In this document: positions 9,206 through 18,562 of the stretch, in pieces
Layout of the letters: every line of letters starts with the position of its first letter
Position numbering within the stretch: the first letter of the stretch is position 1
Assembly: GCA_963710375.1 (NCBI GenBank)
Contig: CAVPZX010000005.1
Span: 96,001-160,000 of the forward strand
Length of the DNA: 64,000 nt
From: Nitrospirota bacterium
GTDB lineage: Bacteria > Nitrospirota > Thermodesulfovibrionia > Thermodesulfovibrionales > Dissulfurispiraceae
Direction of reading: 5' to 3'
Notes under the pieces: generated by a model
Told to the model about the DNA's origin: nothing
The model's database searches: none
What the model saw: the letters and a program-made list of their open reading frames with translations, nothing else
Position numbers and translations under genes: made by a program

Positions 9206-11020
9206 GTGTCAGTCAAGAGCTTTCTTATCGGCAATCCAATCGAAACAGTCAGGGAAAAACACGAGCGGCTTAACAAACTCATGGGTCTCGCCGTGTTCTC
9301 TTCAGATGCTCTGTCATCCGTTGCCTATGGTACGGAGGAAATTCTGTTCGCACTTATTCTCGGCGGCACCGCGATGCTCCATTACTCGCTGCCCGTTACC
9401 TTCAGCATAGTTGTGCTTGTCACAATTGTCGCTACCTCTTACTTCCAGACAATCCATGCATATCCTTCAGGCGGAGGAGCCTATATTGTTGCAAAAGATA
9501 ACCTCGGCACATATCCCGGAATCATTGCGGGAGCAGCATTGCTTATCGACTATGTTTTGACCGTAACCGTCAGTATCTCTGCCGGTATCGAGGCGATCAC
9601 CTCTGCGTTCCCGTCGCTGCACAGCCAGGCAGTCCTAATGTGTCTGCTTGCCATAGTGCTTATCATGGTAATTAATCTGAGGGGTGTGCGTGAGTCCGGG
9701 AAAGTCTTTTCGATACCTGTATACATTTTTCTCGGCAGTCTTTTCCTTCTTATAGCCATGAGTTATGTAAAATCATTTACTATTCTCCGTCCTGTGCCGG
9801 TGGAATATAAAGCTGCCGCTTCAAACGCAGTCCCTATTTTTATCATACTCAGGGCCTTCGCTTCCGGCTGTGCCACCCTCACCGGAATCGAAGCGGTATC
9901 CAACGGAGTAAAGGCTTTCAGGGCTCCCGAAGCAAAGAACGCCGGAATAACTCTTATGTGGATGGCTGGGTTGCTCGGAGTCCTTACTCTCGGCATTGCC
10001 TATTTCGCTGACTATTACAGAATTATGCCCAATGAGAACGAAACCGTGCTGTCGCAACTTGCAAGAACGGTATTCTCGAAAGGGTTCATCTATTACACTA
10101 TTCAATTCGCTACGGCATTTATTCTCGTTCTCGCGGCCAATACTTCGTTTGCCGATTTCCCGAGACTCTCATCAATCATGGCTACCGACCGTTTTCTGCC
10201 AAGGCAGCTCAGCAATCGTGGGGACAGGCTTGTTTTCTCCAATGGCATCTTGCTGCTTGGGTTCTTTTCGGCCTTGCTGCTTGTAATCTTCGGCGGCGAC
10301 ACGCATGCATTGATACCTCTATACGCAGTAGGCGTTTTCACAGCCTTTACACTATCGCAGGCAGGCATGGTAAAGCACTGGATCAAATTCAAGGGAGAGG
10401 GGTGGAAAAAAAGCATAGTGATAAATGGAGTGGGGGCAATTGCCACCGGGATTGTACTTCTTATCATAGCAACTGAAAAATTCACGCACGGGGCATGGAT
10501 AGTGCTTGTAGCGATACCCAGCCTGGTCATCCTGATGATGAAAATCCATAATCACTATGCTTCTGTTGCCGAGCAGCTCTCCGTAACTTCCTGCGAGGTC
10601 AATCAGCCCGAATTCAAGCACCACTCGGTCATAATTCCCATATCAGGCGTGCAGCAGGCTGTCATCAGTGCGGTAAAATACGCAAAAATTCTCTCCGATG
10701 ACGTGGTTGCACTGTATGTGTGTCTCGACCCGGCAGCTACGAAATTGACAAGGGAGAAGTGGGACCAACAATGCATGGGTGTACGTCTTATTGTTCTTGA
10801 CTCTCCCTTCCGTTCGATAAAAGAGCCGATTCTTGATTATATAGATGAGGTTCAGCAGCGCTACAAGGATGGTGTCATCACGGTGATACTTCCCGAGTTT
10901 GTGCCCTCAAAGTGGTGGCATAATCTGCTGCATAACCAGACAGCTTTCTTTATAAAAGGCACTTTACTGTTCAAAAAGGGAGTGGTTTCCACAAGCGTGC
11001 CCTTTCACCTGGTCAAGTGA
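9206..11020 (+). CDS. kimA: KimA/YdaO-like K+ transporter (APC superfamily)
   Basis: FSSDALSSVAYG, YPSGGGAY, TGIEAVSNG, ANTSFADFPRL; C-terminal cytoplasmic domain; GTG start after GGAGG. Confidence 0.9.
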   Translation: MSVKSFLIGNPIETVREKHERLNKLMGLAVFSSDALSSVAYGTEEILFALILGGTAMLHYSLPVTFSIVVLVTIVATSYFQTIHAYPSGGGAYIVAKDNLGTYPGIIAGAALLIDYVLTVTVSISAGIEAITSAFPSLHSQAVLMCLLAIVLIMVINLRGVRESGKVFSIPVYIFLGSLFLLIAMSYVKSFTILRPVPVEYKAAASNAVPIFIILRAFASGCATLTGIEAVSNGVKAFRAPEAKNAGITLMWMAGLLGVLTLGIAYFADYYRIMPNENETVLSQLARTVFSKGFIYYTIQFATAFILVLAANTSFADFPRLSSIMATDRFLPRQLSNRGDRLVFSNGILLLGFFSALLLVIFGGDTHALIPLYAVGVFTAFTLSQAGMVKHWIKFKGEGWKKSIVINGVGAIATGIVLLIIATEKFTHGAWIVLVAIPSLVILMMKIHNHYASVAEQLSVTSCEVNQPEFKHHSVIIPISGVQQAVISAVKYAKILSDDVVALYVCLDPAATKLTREKWDQQCMGVRLIVLDSPFRSIKEPILDYIDEVQQRYKDGVITVILPEFVPSKWWHNLLHNQTAFFIKGTLLFKKGVVSTSVPFHLVK

Positions 11021-11059
11021 TAGAAAATACTAAGGTCTCGCTGGCAGCTTCAGCTTCGC

Positions 11060-12664
11060 CTACCTGCGGGTCTTCGTCAGGTTGAAGTCCGGGTATGCGG
11101 TAACATTAACTTCGTTCAGGTCGAGGCCATCGAATTCTACTTCAGCTGATACCCGCATCGGAATTATTTTATCCAGCAGCTTGAAGAACGCGAACATCAC
11201 AACGAAGACAAAGGCGAAGTTTACGCAAACTCCTATAACCTCTGCCACGAACTGTGAAGTGCCGCCATAAAACAGACCTTTTACCGTGCCGGGGACGTTG
11301 TTCATTCCGTCACCATATGTGCCGTCAGCGAAAAGTCCCAGTGCGATAAGCCCCCAGGCCCCGCACGTGCCGTGAACAGATACCGCGCCCACAGGATCGT
11401 CAACTTTTAATGTCCTCTCCACAAAAAAGATGCTCATACAGCAGAGTACACCTGCAACAAGCCCTATAATGACTGCTCCGACCGGATTCACGAACGCGCA
11501 AGAAGCTGAGATAGCCACGAGTCCGGCAAGGAGCCCGTTTGCGGACAAGGACAGATCCGGCTTGCCGTAACATATCCACATGTATGCCATTGCCGAAAAA
11601 GCTGCTGCCACGGATGCCAGCAGGGTATTTACCGCTATGATCCCGATTCTCAAGTCATCACCGGCGAGGGTCCGGCCTGTAGTGAACCCGAACCAGCCAA
11701 AGAAAAGTATTAAGCACCCTATAATAGCCATTGGGATATGGTGTCCTGGTATTGCGCTGGGAGTTCCATCAGCCCTGAATTTTCCGATGCGCGGACCAAG
11801 AACTATGGCTCCCGAAAGGGCAGAAACGCCGCCGACCATATGGACAACTGAGGAACCTGCGAAGTCCAGTACCCCGTGGCCGAGGCCGAAATTTTTGCCG
11901 AGCTGTGACAGCCACCCGTGGCCCCATACCCAATTTGCATAAATAGGGTATGTAAACATTGCCATAAAGAACCCAAAGATCATGAATGATTTAAATGTCC
12001 AGCGTTCAGCCATGGCGCCTGTTGGAATTGTAGCAGCGACGTTCATAAAGACCACCTGGAAAAGAAAGAGCGTGACAATCGCGGCATCATAGCCAAAACC
12101 TGAGAGGAAGAATCCCCGTGTGCCGAAAATGCTGAACTCCTTTCCGAAGAGGTGCAGTATGAATTCACCGTTCAATAATCCTGTTCCGCCGGCAAGAGGA
12201 CCAGCGCCGACACCGCCCATCTGGAACGCATAGCCGCAAATCCAATAACCGAGCACCCCGAAGACAAGCACCATGAAGTTCATCGCAATGGTATGGGCGG
12301 CATTTTTTGCCCTCGTAAAACCGGTCTCTACCATTGCAAAGCCTGCCTGCATGAAAAATACGAGATAAGCGCAGATCAATGTCCAAACAAAATTAATGGC
12401 GATCCTGTTATGGCCGACGACATCTGCCAGCTTTATGGCAAGCGGCTCGTTTTTTGCCAAATTTTTAATGTCGTCCGCGGTTGGGGCTTCGGATGTGGCG
12501 CCAATTACGTCCTTGCTCCCTCCTGTATTAACGCCTGATGGATCGGGTTTAAGCTCATGGGCCGGCGCAGTCTGAGCCTGTTCATCCGCAAGCGCCGGCA
12601 ATGCCGGCAAAACAAACCCCATCAGCAATGCAATTAACAAGAAAAAGGCCAATATATTTTTCAT
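11060..12664 (-). CDS. amt: Ammonium transporter (Amt family) with altered substrate-site motif
   Basis: FFMQAGFAMVETG, GAMAERW, DFAGSSVVH, DDPVGAVSVHG; N-terminal signal peptide. Confidence 0.93.
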   Translation of the reverse strand: MKNILAFFLLIALLMGFVLPALPALADEQAQTAPAHELKPDPSGVNTGGSKDVIGATSEAPTADDIKNLAKNEPLAIKLADVVGHNRIAINFVWTLICAYLVFFMQAGFAMVETGFTRAKNAAHTIAMNFMVLVFGVLGYWICGYAFQMGGVGAGPLAGGTGLLNGEFILHLFGKEFSIFGTRGFFLSGFGYDAAIVTLFLFQVVFMNVAATIPTGAMAERWTFKSFMIFGFFMAMFTYPIYANWVWGHGWLSQLGKNFGLGHGVLDFAGSSVVHMVGGVSALSGAIVLGPRIGKFRADGTPSAIPGHHIPMAIIGCLILFFGWFGFTTGRTLAGDDLRIGIIAVNTLLASVAAAFSAMAYMWICYGKPDLSLSANGLLAGLVAISASCAFVNPVGAVIIGLVAGVLCCMSIFFVERTLKVDDPVGAVSVHGTCGAWGLIALGLFADGTYGDGMNNVPGTVKGLFYGGTSQFVAEVIGVCVNFAFVFVVMFAFFKLLDKIIPMRVSAEVEFDGLDLNEVNVTAYPDFNLTKTRR

Positions 12665-12684
12665 GTACGCCCCCCTCGTAAAAA

Positions 12685-12770
12685 AATGTTAAATTATGAA
12701 TTATGAATGTTGAATTATAGAATAATTTTTGATCCCTAATTCAAAATTTAAAATTAAGCATTCAACATTC
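12685..12770. repeat. Fold-back element of AAT(T/G)(A/T)TG heptamers
   Basis: aatgtta-aattatg-aattatg-aatgttg-aattata ... taattcaaaatttaaaattaagcattcaacattc. Confidence 0.7.
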
Positions 12771-12771
12771 T

Positions 12772-13095
12772 TTATAGCCTGCTCCCAAACTGAATTATCA
12801 ATCCGCCGCAAATAATCACCAACAACCCAATCCAGGTAGAATTCGGTATATTTTCTCTGAACACGAACTGTCCAAAAAGTATACTTATAATCGCGAAGAT
12901 TGCGACGTAGACTCCGAGTAATTTTGAAAAATCCCATTTCACTATGTTGACGACCACACCATAACAACCCAGTATTGCGCATCCTGTCAAAATAATAATC
13001 AAGCTGCTTCCTCGAAGTCCTTTACGAACAACCGCGTCTCCGCCAACCTCGAGGACTGCCGCACCGACGAAAATAAGCCATGCAAGATAAGTCAT
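12772..13095 (-). CDS. SMR/DMT-like four-TM protein (YnfA/EmrE-like)
   Basis: 107 aa, 4 TM helices, Glu in TM1 (AAVLEVGG), GVY motif in TM3; GGGAGG RBS. Confidence 0.8.
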   Translation of the reverse strand: MTYLAWLIFVGAAVLEVGGDAVVRKGLRGSSLIIILTGCAILGCYGVVVNIVKWDFSKLLGVYVAIFAIISILFGQFVFRENIPNSTWIGLLVIICGGLIIQFGSRL

Positions 13096-13120
13096 TTGTG
13101 AATCCTCCCTAGTGAAGATT

Positions 13121-13214
13121 AGCTAAAACTATGCCAGCTTGCAACTACCTGTTTTATAAATAAGTCTTAAGAAAAGTGTTACGACAAAATTGTATACTGC
13201 CACAACATTGTAGG
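13121..13214 (-). promoter_or_regulatory. sigma54 promoter plus twin ACA-N4-TGT upstream boxes
   Basis: Minus strand CTGGCATAGTTTTAGCT at 13121-13137; boxes at 13184-13193 and 13202-13211. Confidence 0.8.
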
Positions 13215-13230
13215 GATAAGAGAAGTGCAT

Positions 13231-15027
13231 TTAATGCGCGGTTCCGCGGTGGAGGATCAGAAACAATAGCAGAAGGAAGACAACGATAGGGACCGACACG
13301 GCAAGCGTAATCCAAAGTGCTTTTTTTGCACCGCGCTTCCATGCAGTCGGTGTCTGAAGCCGGTCACATCGCCCGGTCAATTGCACTGAAACGGGATTAT
13401 CCAAATCGGCTTTCATGGCTGCAGCCGAAGGATAACGGTTGCCGGGCTCGCGCTCCATGGCATGGAGGATGATCTCTTCAACCTGAGGAGATAATTTCGG
13501 GTTGCGTTTCCGAGGCGCCACAGGGTCGCCGGTGACGCGGGCGTTCATGACCGCGAAAGGGTTGTCGCCATCGAACGGCACTACGCCGACAGCCATTTCG
13601 TACAGCATTGCGCCAAGGCTGTAAATGTCGGTCCGCGCATCCCCGCGCTTCCCTTTGACCTGTTCGGGGGCCATGTAATCGGGCGTGCCGACCGCTGGCG
13701 TAAAACCGGCAAATGTGATTCGTCTCCCCTCCGCGGCCCTGGCGATGCCGAAGTCCACGATCCGGATAGTGCCGTCGTAGCAGATCATGATGTTCTGCGG
13801 TTTGAGGTCACGGTGTATTACGCCGTTTTCGTGCATATGCGCCAACGCCTCGCATACATAACTTGCTATCTTGATCGCGTCCTTTTCCGGCATCGGGCGG
13901 ACACTGTTCAGCAAGTGCGACAGCGTATAGCCGTGCAGATACTCTGTTACGATATACGGCCTGCTGCGGTGTTCCTCTTCCACGGGAATGAATTTCAGGA
14001 TGTAGGGATGATTCAGCCGGTTCCCGATCTCTTCCTCGCGCTGGAAGCGTGAGTAGAAACCGGGATCGCTCTCAAACTCCATCAACGGCACCTTGACCGC
14101 CACGGTTTCTTTGGTATTCAGGTCAGTTGCCTTGAATATGGTGGCCATGCCGCTGCGACTGATGGTCTCAAGAATTAGAAAACGCTTATCGAGGGTGTAC
14201 CCAGGCCGGAGTTCATAACGGCTCGTCAGGTCCTCACGCTCCTGATACATAGGAACGCCTCTATAATACGCCATTTTCTCTACGTCGTTGATTTGAAGGA
14301 CCTGCACGGAAAGATTATCATCGGTTCCCCGCTGCTCTGCCAGGGCAATAAGCTGTCGGCAGGCCTGGGCCGGAGAAAAGCGCGATACGATGTCGGCGAG
14401 CTCGCTGTCCGCGACATGCGCATACAAGCCGTCGGAACAAAGCACGACCCGGTCGCCAATGAACACTGTGGTGCCCTCCACGTCGAGCCTTACCACCGGC
14501 TCATTTCCTACGCTGCGGGTCAGGACAGAACGTTTTTCGCTGGTCTTGGCGTCATGTTCGGTAATCAACCCGAATTTTTGTTGCATGCCGACATATGTAT
14601 GATCTGTGGATAACTGTTTGATCTCTCCCTTGCGGACCAGATAGACCCGGGAATCTCCCACATTGCCCACTATGATTTCATCGTTCCGCAATATAACGAT
14701 TGACAGGGTTGTCGCCATGCGGGACTTGCCGTGGTCCTCCATGCCTTTGTCGTATACGGCAACATTTGCGGCATTGAACATCTGAGTCAGCAACTGCTGA
14801 GGAGACTGGTCCTCTGGTGACTCGCGGAAGGTTTTCAAGGCTGTCTCCACCGAAAGCCGGCTGGCCACTTCACCACGGTGCATCCCGCCAACGCCATCGG
14901 CCAGCGCTGCCACAGCGCCGCGGCTGCGCTTTTCCTCAAGGGTTTCCGGCTGCCAGAAGCCTACGAAATCCTCATTGTTTTCGCGAGCAGGTCCAGGCGA
15001 AGAAAGTTCAGCGTATGTCAGTTCCAT
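13231..15027 (-). CDS. Bifunctional PP2C phosphatase / Hanks-type Ser/Thr kinase with C-terminal TM anchor
   Basis: PP2C motifs NED, ADGVGG, VGDSRVY, CSDGL, DNLSV; kinase motifs VAVK, HRDLKPQN, DFG, YMAPE. Confidence 0.93.
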   Translation of the reverse strand: MELTYAELSSPGPARENNEDFVGFWQPETLEEKRSRGAVAALADGVGGMHRGEVASRLSVETALKTFRESPEDQSPQQLLTQMFNAANVAVYDKGMEDHGKSRMATTLSIVILRNDEIIVGNVGDSRVYLVRKGEIKQLSTDHTYVGMQQKFGLITEHDAKTSEKRSVLTRSVGNEPVVRLDVEGTTVFIGDRVVLCSDGLYAHVADSELADIVSRFSPAQACRQLIALAEQRGTDDNLSVQVLQINDVEKMAYYRGVPMYQEREDLTSRYELRPGYTLDKRFLILETISRSGMATIFKATDLNTKETVAVKVPLMEFESDPGFYSRFQREEEIGNRLNHPYILKFIPVEEEHRSRPYIVTEYLHGYTLSHLLNSVRPMPEKDAIKIASYVCEALAHMHENGVIHRDLKPQNIMICYDGTIRIVDFGIARAAEGRRITFAGFTPAVGTPDYMAPEQVKGKRGDARTDIYSLGAMLYEMAVGVVPFDGDNPFAVMNARVTGDPVAPRKRNPKLSPQVEEIILHAMEREPGNRYPSAAAMKADLDNPVSVQLTGRCDRLQTPTAWKRGAKKALWITLAVSVPIVVFLLLLFLILHRGTAH

Positions 15028-15076
15028 AGTTGAAACACCTTAACATTTTTTTTGCTAAATTGAAAGCTTCTATAAG

Positions 15077-15106
15077 AAAATGGGGGACTCGATTGAGTCC
15101 CCTTTT
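15077..15106 (-). terminator. Putative terminator after glnA
   Basis: ggggactc/gagtcccc hairpin with A/T tracts on both sides. Confidence 0.7.
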
Positions 15107-15127
15107 AATCACTGCTGAAACTCTATT

Positions 15128-16540
15128 CTAAATGTCGTAGTAAAGGAAGAACTCATAAGGATGGGGCCTCAATCTGAGGGCATCTACTTCTTTGGATCTC
15201 TTGTAGCTGATCCATGTTTCAAGGGCATCATCGGTGAATACGTTCCCTTTCATCAGGTACTCATGGTCTTCCTCAAGATGGTTGAGTGCCTCTTCCAGAC
15301 TTGCCGGCATGGTCGGCACTGAGGCAAGTTCCTCCGGGCCGAGTTCATAGATGTCCTTGTCAAGCGGCTCGCCAGGATGTATCTTGTTCTCGATCCCGTC
15401 AAGACCTGCCATCAGCATCGCGGCAAAGGCCAGATAAGGATTGCACGATGGATCAGGGAACCGCACTTCCGCCCTCTTTGTCTTAGGGCTGGCTGAGTAT
15501 GTGGGTATCCTTACACATGCCGAGCGGTTCCTGGCAGAATAGGCAAGGTTCACCGGAGCTTCAAACCCAGGTGTCAGTCTCTTGTATGAGTTAGTCGTCG
15601 GGTTGGTTAGGGCCGCCAGGGATTTCGCATGCTTCAGAACCCCGCCGATATAATAAATAGCGGTCTCGCTAAGCCCTGCGTAGCCGTTGCCGGCAAATAC
15701 AGGCTTGCCGTTTTTCCATATGCTCTGATGGGTGTGCATCCCGGAACCGTTGTCCCCGAATATCGGCTTCGGCATGAAGGTCACTGTCTTGCCGTGCCTC
15801 TTGGCTACATTCTTGATTATATATTTAAAGAGCATCAGGTAGTCTGCCATCTTGACCAGGGACTCAAACCTCATGTCGATTTCAGCCTGTCCTGCTGTGG
15901 CGACTTCGTGGTGTTCCTTTTCTACATAGATGCCGCATTTCAGCATCTCAACCACCATCTCTGTCCTTAAATCCTCCTGGCTGTCCATCGGAGGCACTGG
16001 GAAATATCCCTCTTTGTGCCTCGGCTTGTAGCCCAGGTTGGGTTTCTCGTCGCGGCCTGAGTTCCAGATGCCCTCAACCGAATCAAGGAAATAATAACCG
16101 CTGTGAGAATTCTGGTCGAACATTATATCGTCAAAGATAAAAAATTCAGCCTCAGGGCCGAAATAAGCCGTGTCACCTATCCCTGTCGACTTGAGATACG
16201 CTTCCGCTTTCTGCGCAATGTACCTTGGGTCCCTTGTGTATGATTCTTTTGTGATAGGGTCTACAATGTTGCAGATCAGGCTCAGCATGGGACGCTCTGT
16301 AAAAGGGTCCATAATTGCGGTGGAGGGATCGGGAACGACGAGCATGTCAGAGGTGTGGATTGCCTGCCATCCCCTGATTGAAGAGCCGTCAAATCCAAGC
16401 CCCTCACTGAATACTTCCTCTTTTAACTCGCTGACCGGCGCTGCAAAGTGCTGCCAGAGACCTGGAAAATCAAGGAACTTGAAGTCCACCATCACTGCCT
16501 TGTTCTCCTCGGCCATCTTGATTACGTCTTTCGGTGTCAT
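15128..16540 (-). CDS. glnA: Glutamine synthetase type I
   Basis: [39 protein letters not shown]; adenylylation-site Tyr in DIYELGP. Confidence 0.98.
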   Translation of the reverse strand: MTPKDVIKMAEENKAVMVDFKFLDFPGLWQHFAAPVSELKEEVFSEGLGFDGSSIRGWQAIHTSDMLVVPDPSTAIMDPFTERPMLSLICNIVDPITKESYTRDPRYIAQKAEAYLKSTGIGDTAYFGPEAEFFIFDDIMFDQNSHSGYYFLDSVEGIWNSGRDEKPNLGYKPRHKEGYFPVPPMDSQEDLRTEMVVEMLKCGIYVEKEHHEVATAGQAEIDMRFESLVKMADYLMLFKYIIKNVAKRHGKTVTFMPKPIFGDNGSGMHTHQSIWKNGKPVFAGNGYAGLSETAIYYIGGVLKHAKSLAALTNPTTNSYKRLTPGFEAPVNLAYSARNRSACVRIPTYSASPKTKRAEVRFPDPSCNPYLAFAAMLMAGLDGIENKIHPGEPLDKDIYELGPEELASVPTMPASLEEALNHLEEDHEYLMKGNVFTDDALETWISYKRSKEVDALRLRPHPYEFFLYYDI

Positions 16541-16557
16541 ACATCCTCCTTTATTTT

Positions 16558-16594
16558 AAATAGACGGTCACCCATGAGGGTGACTGTCTATTTT
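16558..16594. terminator. Strong hairpin between APC permease and glnA
   Basis: aaatagacggtcaccc/gggtgactgtctattt inverted repeat just 5' of the glnA RBS. Confidence 0.6.
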
Positions 16595-16621
16595 GGAATT
16601 GTCGAGAAAAGATGATATTGC

Positions 16622-18529
16622 TTACGAAACCGGAGATACCGGTTTGCTGCTGAGCAAAATTTCCTTGCCTTTAGTCTTGCTGGACTTGAGGAAGTAGAAG
16701 GCCCCGTAAATGCCCCAGATGGCGACGAATCCCAGCGCGATATATGGTTCCTTCCAACTCATGCCGCTGACCGTGAACGGCCCGATCAGGTAGAAGAGCA
16801 TAATAGATAAGTTTGCCAATAAGCCGAGAATAGGGATGACAACGTGCTTGATGCCGTTGAAGCTGTGGTGTTCCCTGAATGCCACCATCGCAATATAGCA
16901 GGTGAACATGTAGAGGAGGAACGTGCCGAAGTTGCTGACCAGCGTGACGATGAGCAGCGTGTTGGGCAGCTTCGTGTACATATCCGGCGAGAAGATGCCG
17001 AAGCTGTACCAGAAGTTGTGCTTGTCCAGTGCTGCGAGCGGTGTAGCTTGTCCCCCTAAATACACTGACACGGTGGCGATGCCGATGACCACTGAAATCA
17101 CTGCCAGAGTCCAGATCGCCTTGTGCGGCGACAGGTTCTTTCCGTGCAGAAGACCGAAATGCGACGGCACTTCTTCGTCCCGCCCCATGGCGTAGGTTAC
17201 GCGGGCGCCGGTGCTCAGGCATGAGAGAGTAGTGCCAATTAATGCCAGGAAGACTGTCAAGGCCTGTACCAGCATGAATGCCTTGCCTGCCGCGTAAGAG
17301 CCAAACAGCCATGTGCCTGTAATGACCATCAGGTCGCCTAGCGGGGCGCCGGAAGCGCCTGCATTCGGCATGGTGTATCCGTTATGAAGCATGTAATTGG
17401 CGGCAAAATACTCGATCAGGTAGCAGAAGGCGCCCTGAATGGCAAGTGACAGCAGCACTGCCCTTGGAATATCTTTTTTCGGCCTTTTGGCTTCCTCACC
17501 CATCGCGGTGACCGACTCGAAGCCGACCAGGATCAGAATTGCGATGGCTGCCTGAATGAAGATGAAATTAAACCCGTGAGGAGCCACGACAGATGCGGCG
17601 CTTTTATGATAGTTGAATGTGGGGTTCCCCTTGTCATCCTTAGTGATCGCTCCGTCGACATAATCGACCGTGAACGGCGCAGCGAGCTTTGGATCGGTTA
17701 CAGCCTTGCCGTCCTTGTCAGCAGGCACAGGCATCCCCGACTTCTCATCAGTAGCGTCAATCATTGTGTAGACCGGCTTGTTGTCTTTGTCCAGAGTGGG
17801 TTTGCCGTTAGGGTCCAACACAGGCACCGGATTCCCTTTATCATCCTTCTGGACCACCTGGGCGACCTGATAGTTCACCGCGATGCCGTTTGACAGATGG
17901 TAACCTGTTGAGCCTTGCGGATGCTGGACGCGATAGCCTATGGCGATCACCGAGAACACCAGCAATGCTGATATCTGGATAATGTTAATCACTACGTTGA
18001 CAGCCGTTGTACCGGTAACACCGCGATAAGCGATGTATGCAACGCCGAGCGCGAACACGATGCAGAAGATAAACATGAAGATCGGGCTGTTATAGGTGCC
18101 GCTGAAGGTGTCTGGCCAGAATTGATTTAAGAGATATCCGCCGAGAATGGCTGTAACACCGACCATGACCCCCGGATACACCCAGTAATAAAGGTGGCTT
18201 GCCCATCCGGTGATGAACTTGGCGAGCCGCGCGAACTTGTATGCGTGTGTCTTTGAAAGGAACGCCTGCTCCGCATACAGGTAGGACGAACCCGGGCCCG
18301 GATAGAGCTTAGACAGTTCAGCGTAGCTGATTGCTGTAGCGAAGCAGAGCAACAGGGCGAAGAGAATGCCGAACCACATGGATATGCCTGCCATCGGCGC
18401 TCCGTAAAGCGACTGCATTTGAAATGTTAACCACAGGAACGCGCCGGGCGCGATCAGCGCCATCGCGTTCATCGTCAGACCTGTTATGCCTAACGTTCCC
18501 CTAGTGACCGGTTGTTGTTCGTTTGCCAT
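16622..18529 (-). CDS. APC-family permease with ~110-aa hydrophilic insert
   Basis: YAELSKLYPGPGSSY, GFESVTAMGEE, ARVTYAMGRD; multiple TM segments. Confidence 0.9.
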   Translation of the reverse strand: MANEQQPVTRGTLGITGLTMNAMALIAPGAFLWLTFQMQSLYGAPMAGISMWFGILFALLLCFATAISYAELSKLYPGPGSSYLYAEQAFLSKTHAYKFARLAKFITGWASHLYYWVYPGVMVGVTAILGGYLLNQFWPDTFSGTYNSPIFMFIFCIVFALGVAYIAYRGVTGTTAVNVVINIIQISALLVFSVIAIGYRVQHPQGSTGYHLSNGIAVNYQVAQVVQKDDKGNPVPVLDPNGKPTLDKDNKPVYTMIDATDEKSGMPVPADKDGKAVTDPKLAAPFTVDYVDGAITKDDKGNPTFNYHKSAASVVAPHGFNFIFIQAAIAILILVGFESVTAMGEEAKRPKKDIPRAVLLSLAIQGAFCYLIEYFAANYMLHNGYTMPNAGASGAPLGDLMVITGTWLFGSYAAGKAFMLVQALTVFLALIGTTLSCLSTGARVTYAMGRDEEVPSHFGLLHGKNLSPHKAIWTLAVISVVIGIATVSVYLGGQATPLAALDKHNFWYSFGIFSPDMYTKLPNTLLIVTLVSNFGTFLLYMFTCYIAMVAFREHHSFNGIKHVVIPILGLLANLSIMLFYLIGPFTVSGMSWKEPYIALGFVAIWGIYGAFYFLKSSKTKGKEILLSSKPVSPVS

Positions 18530-18562
18530 AGTGTTTCTCCTTTATTTACTGACATAAATTAT

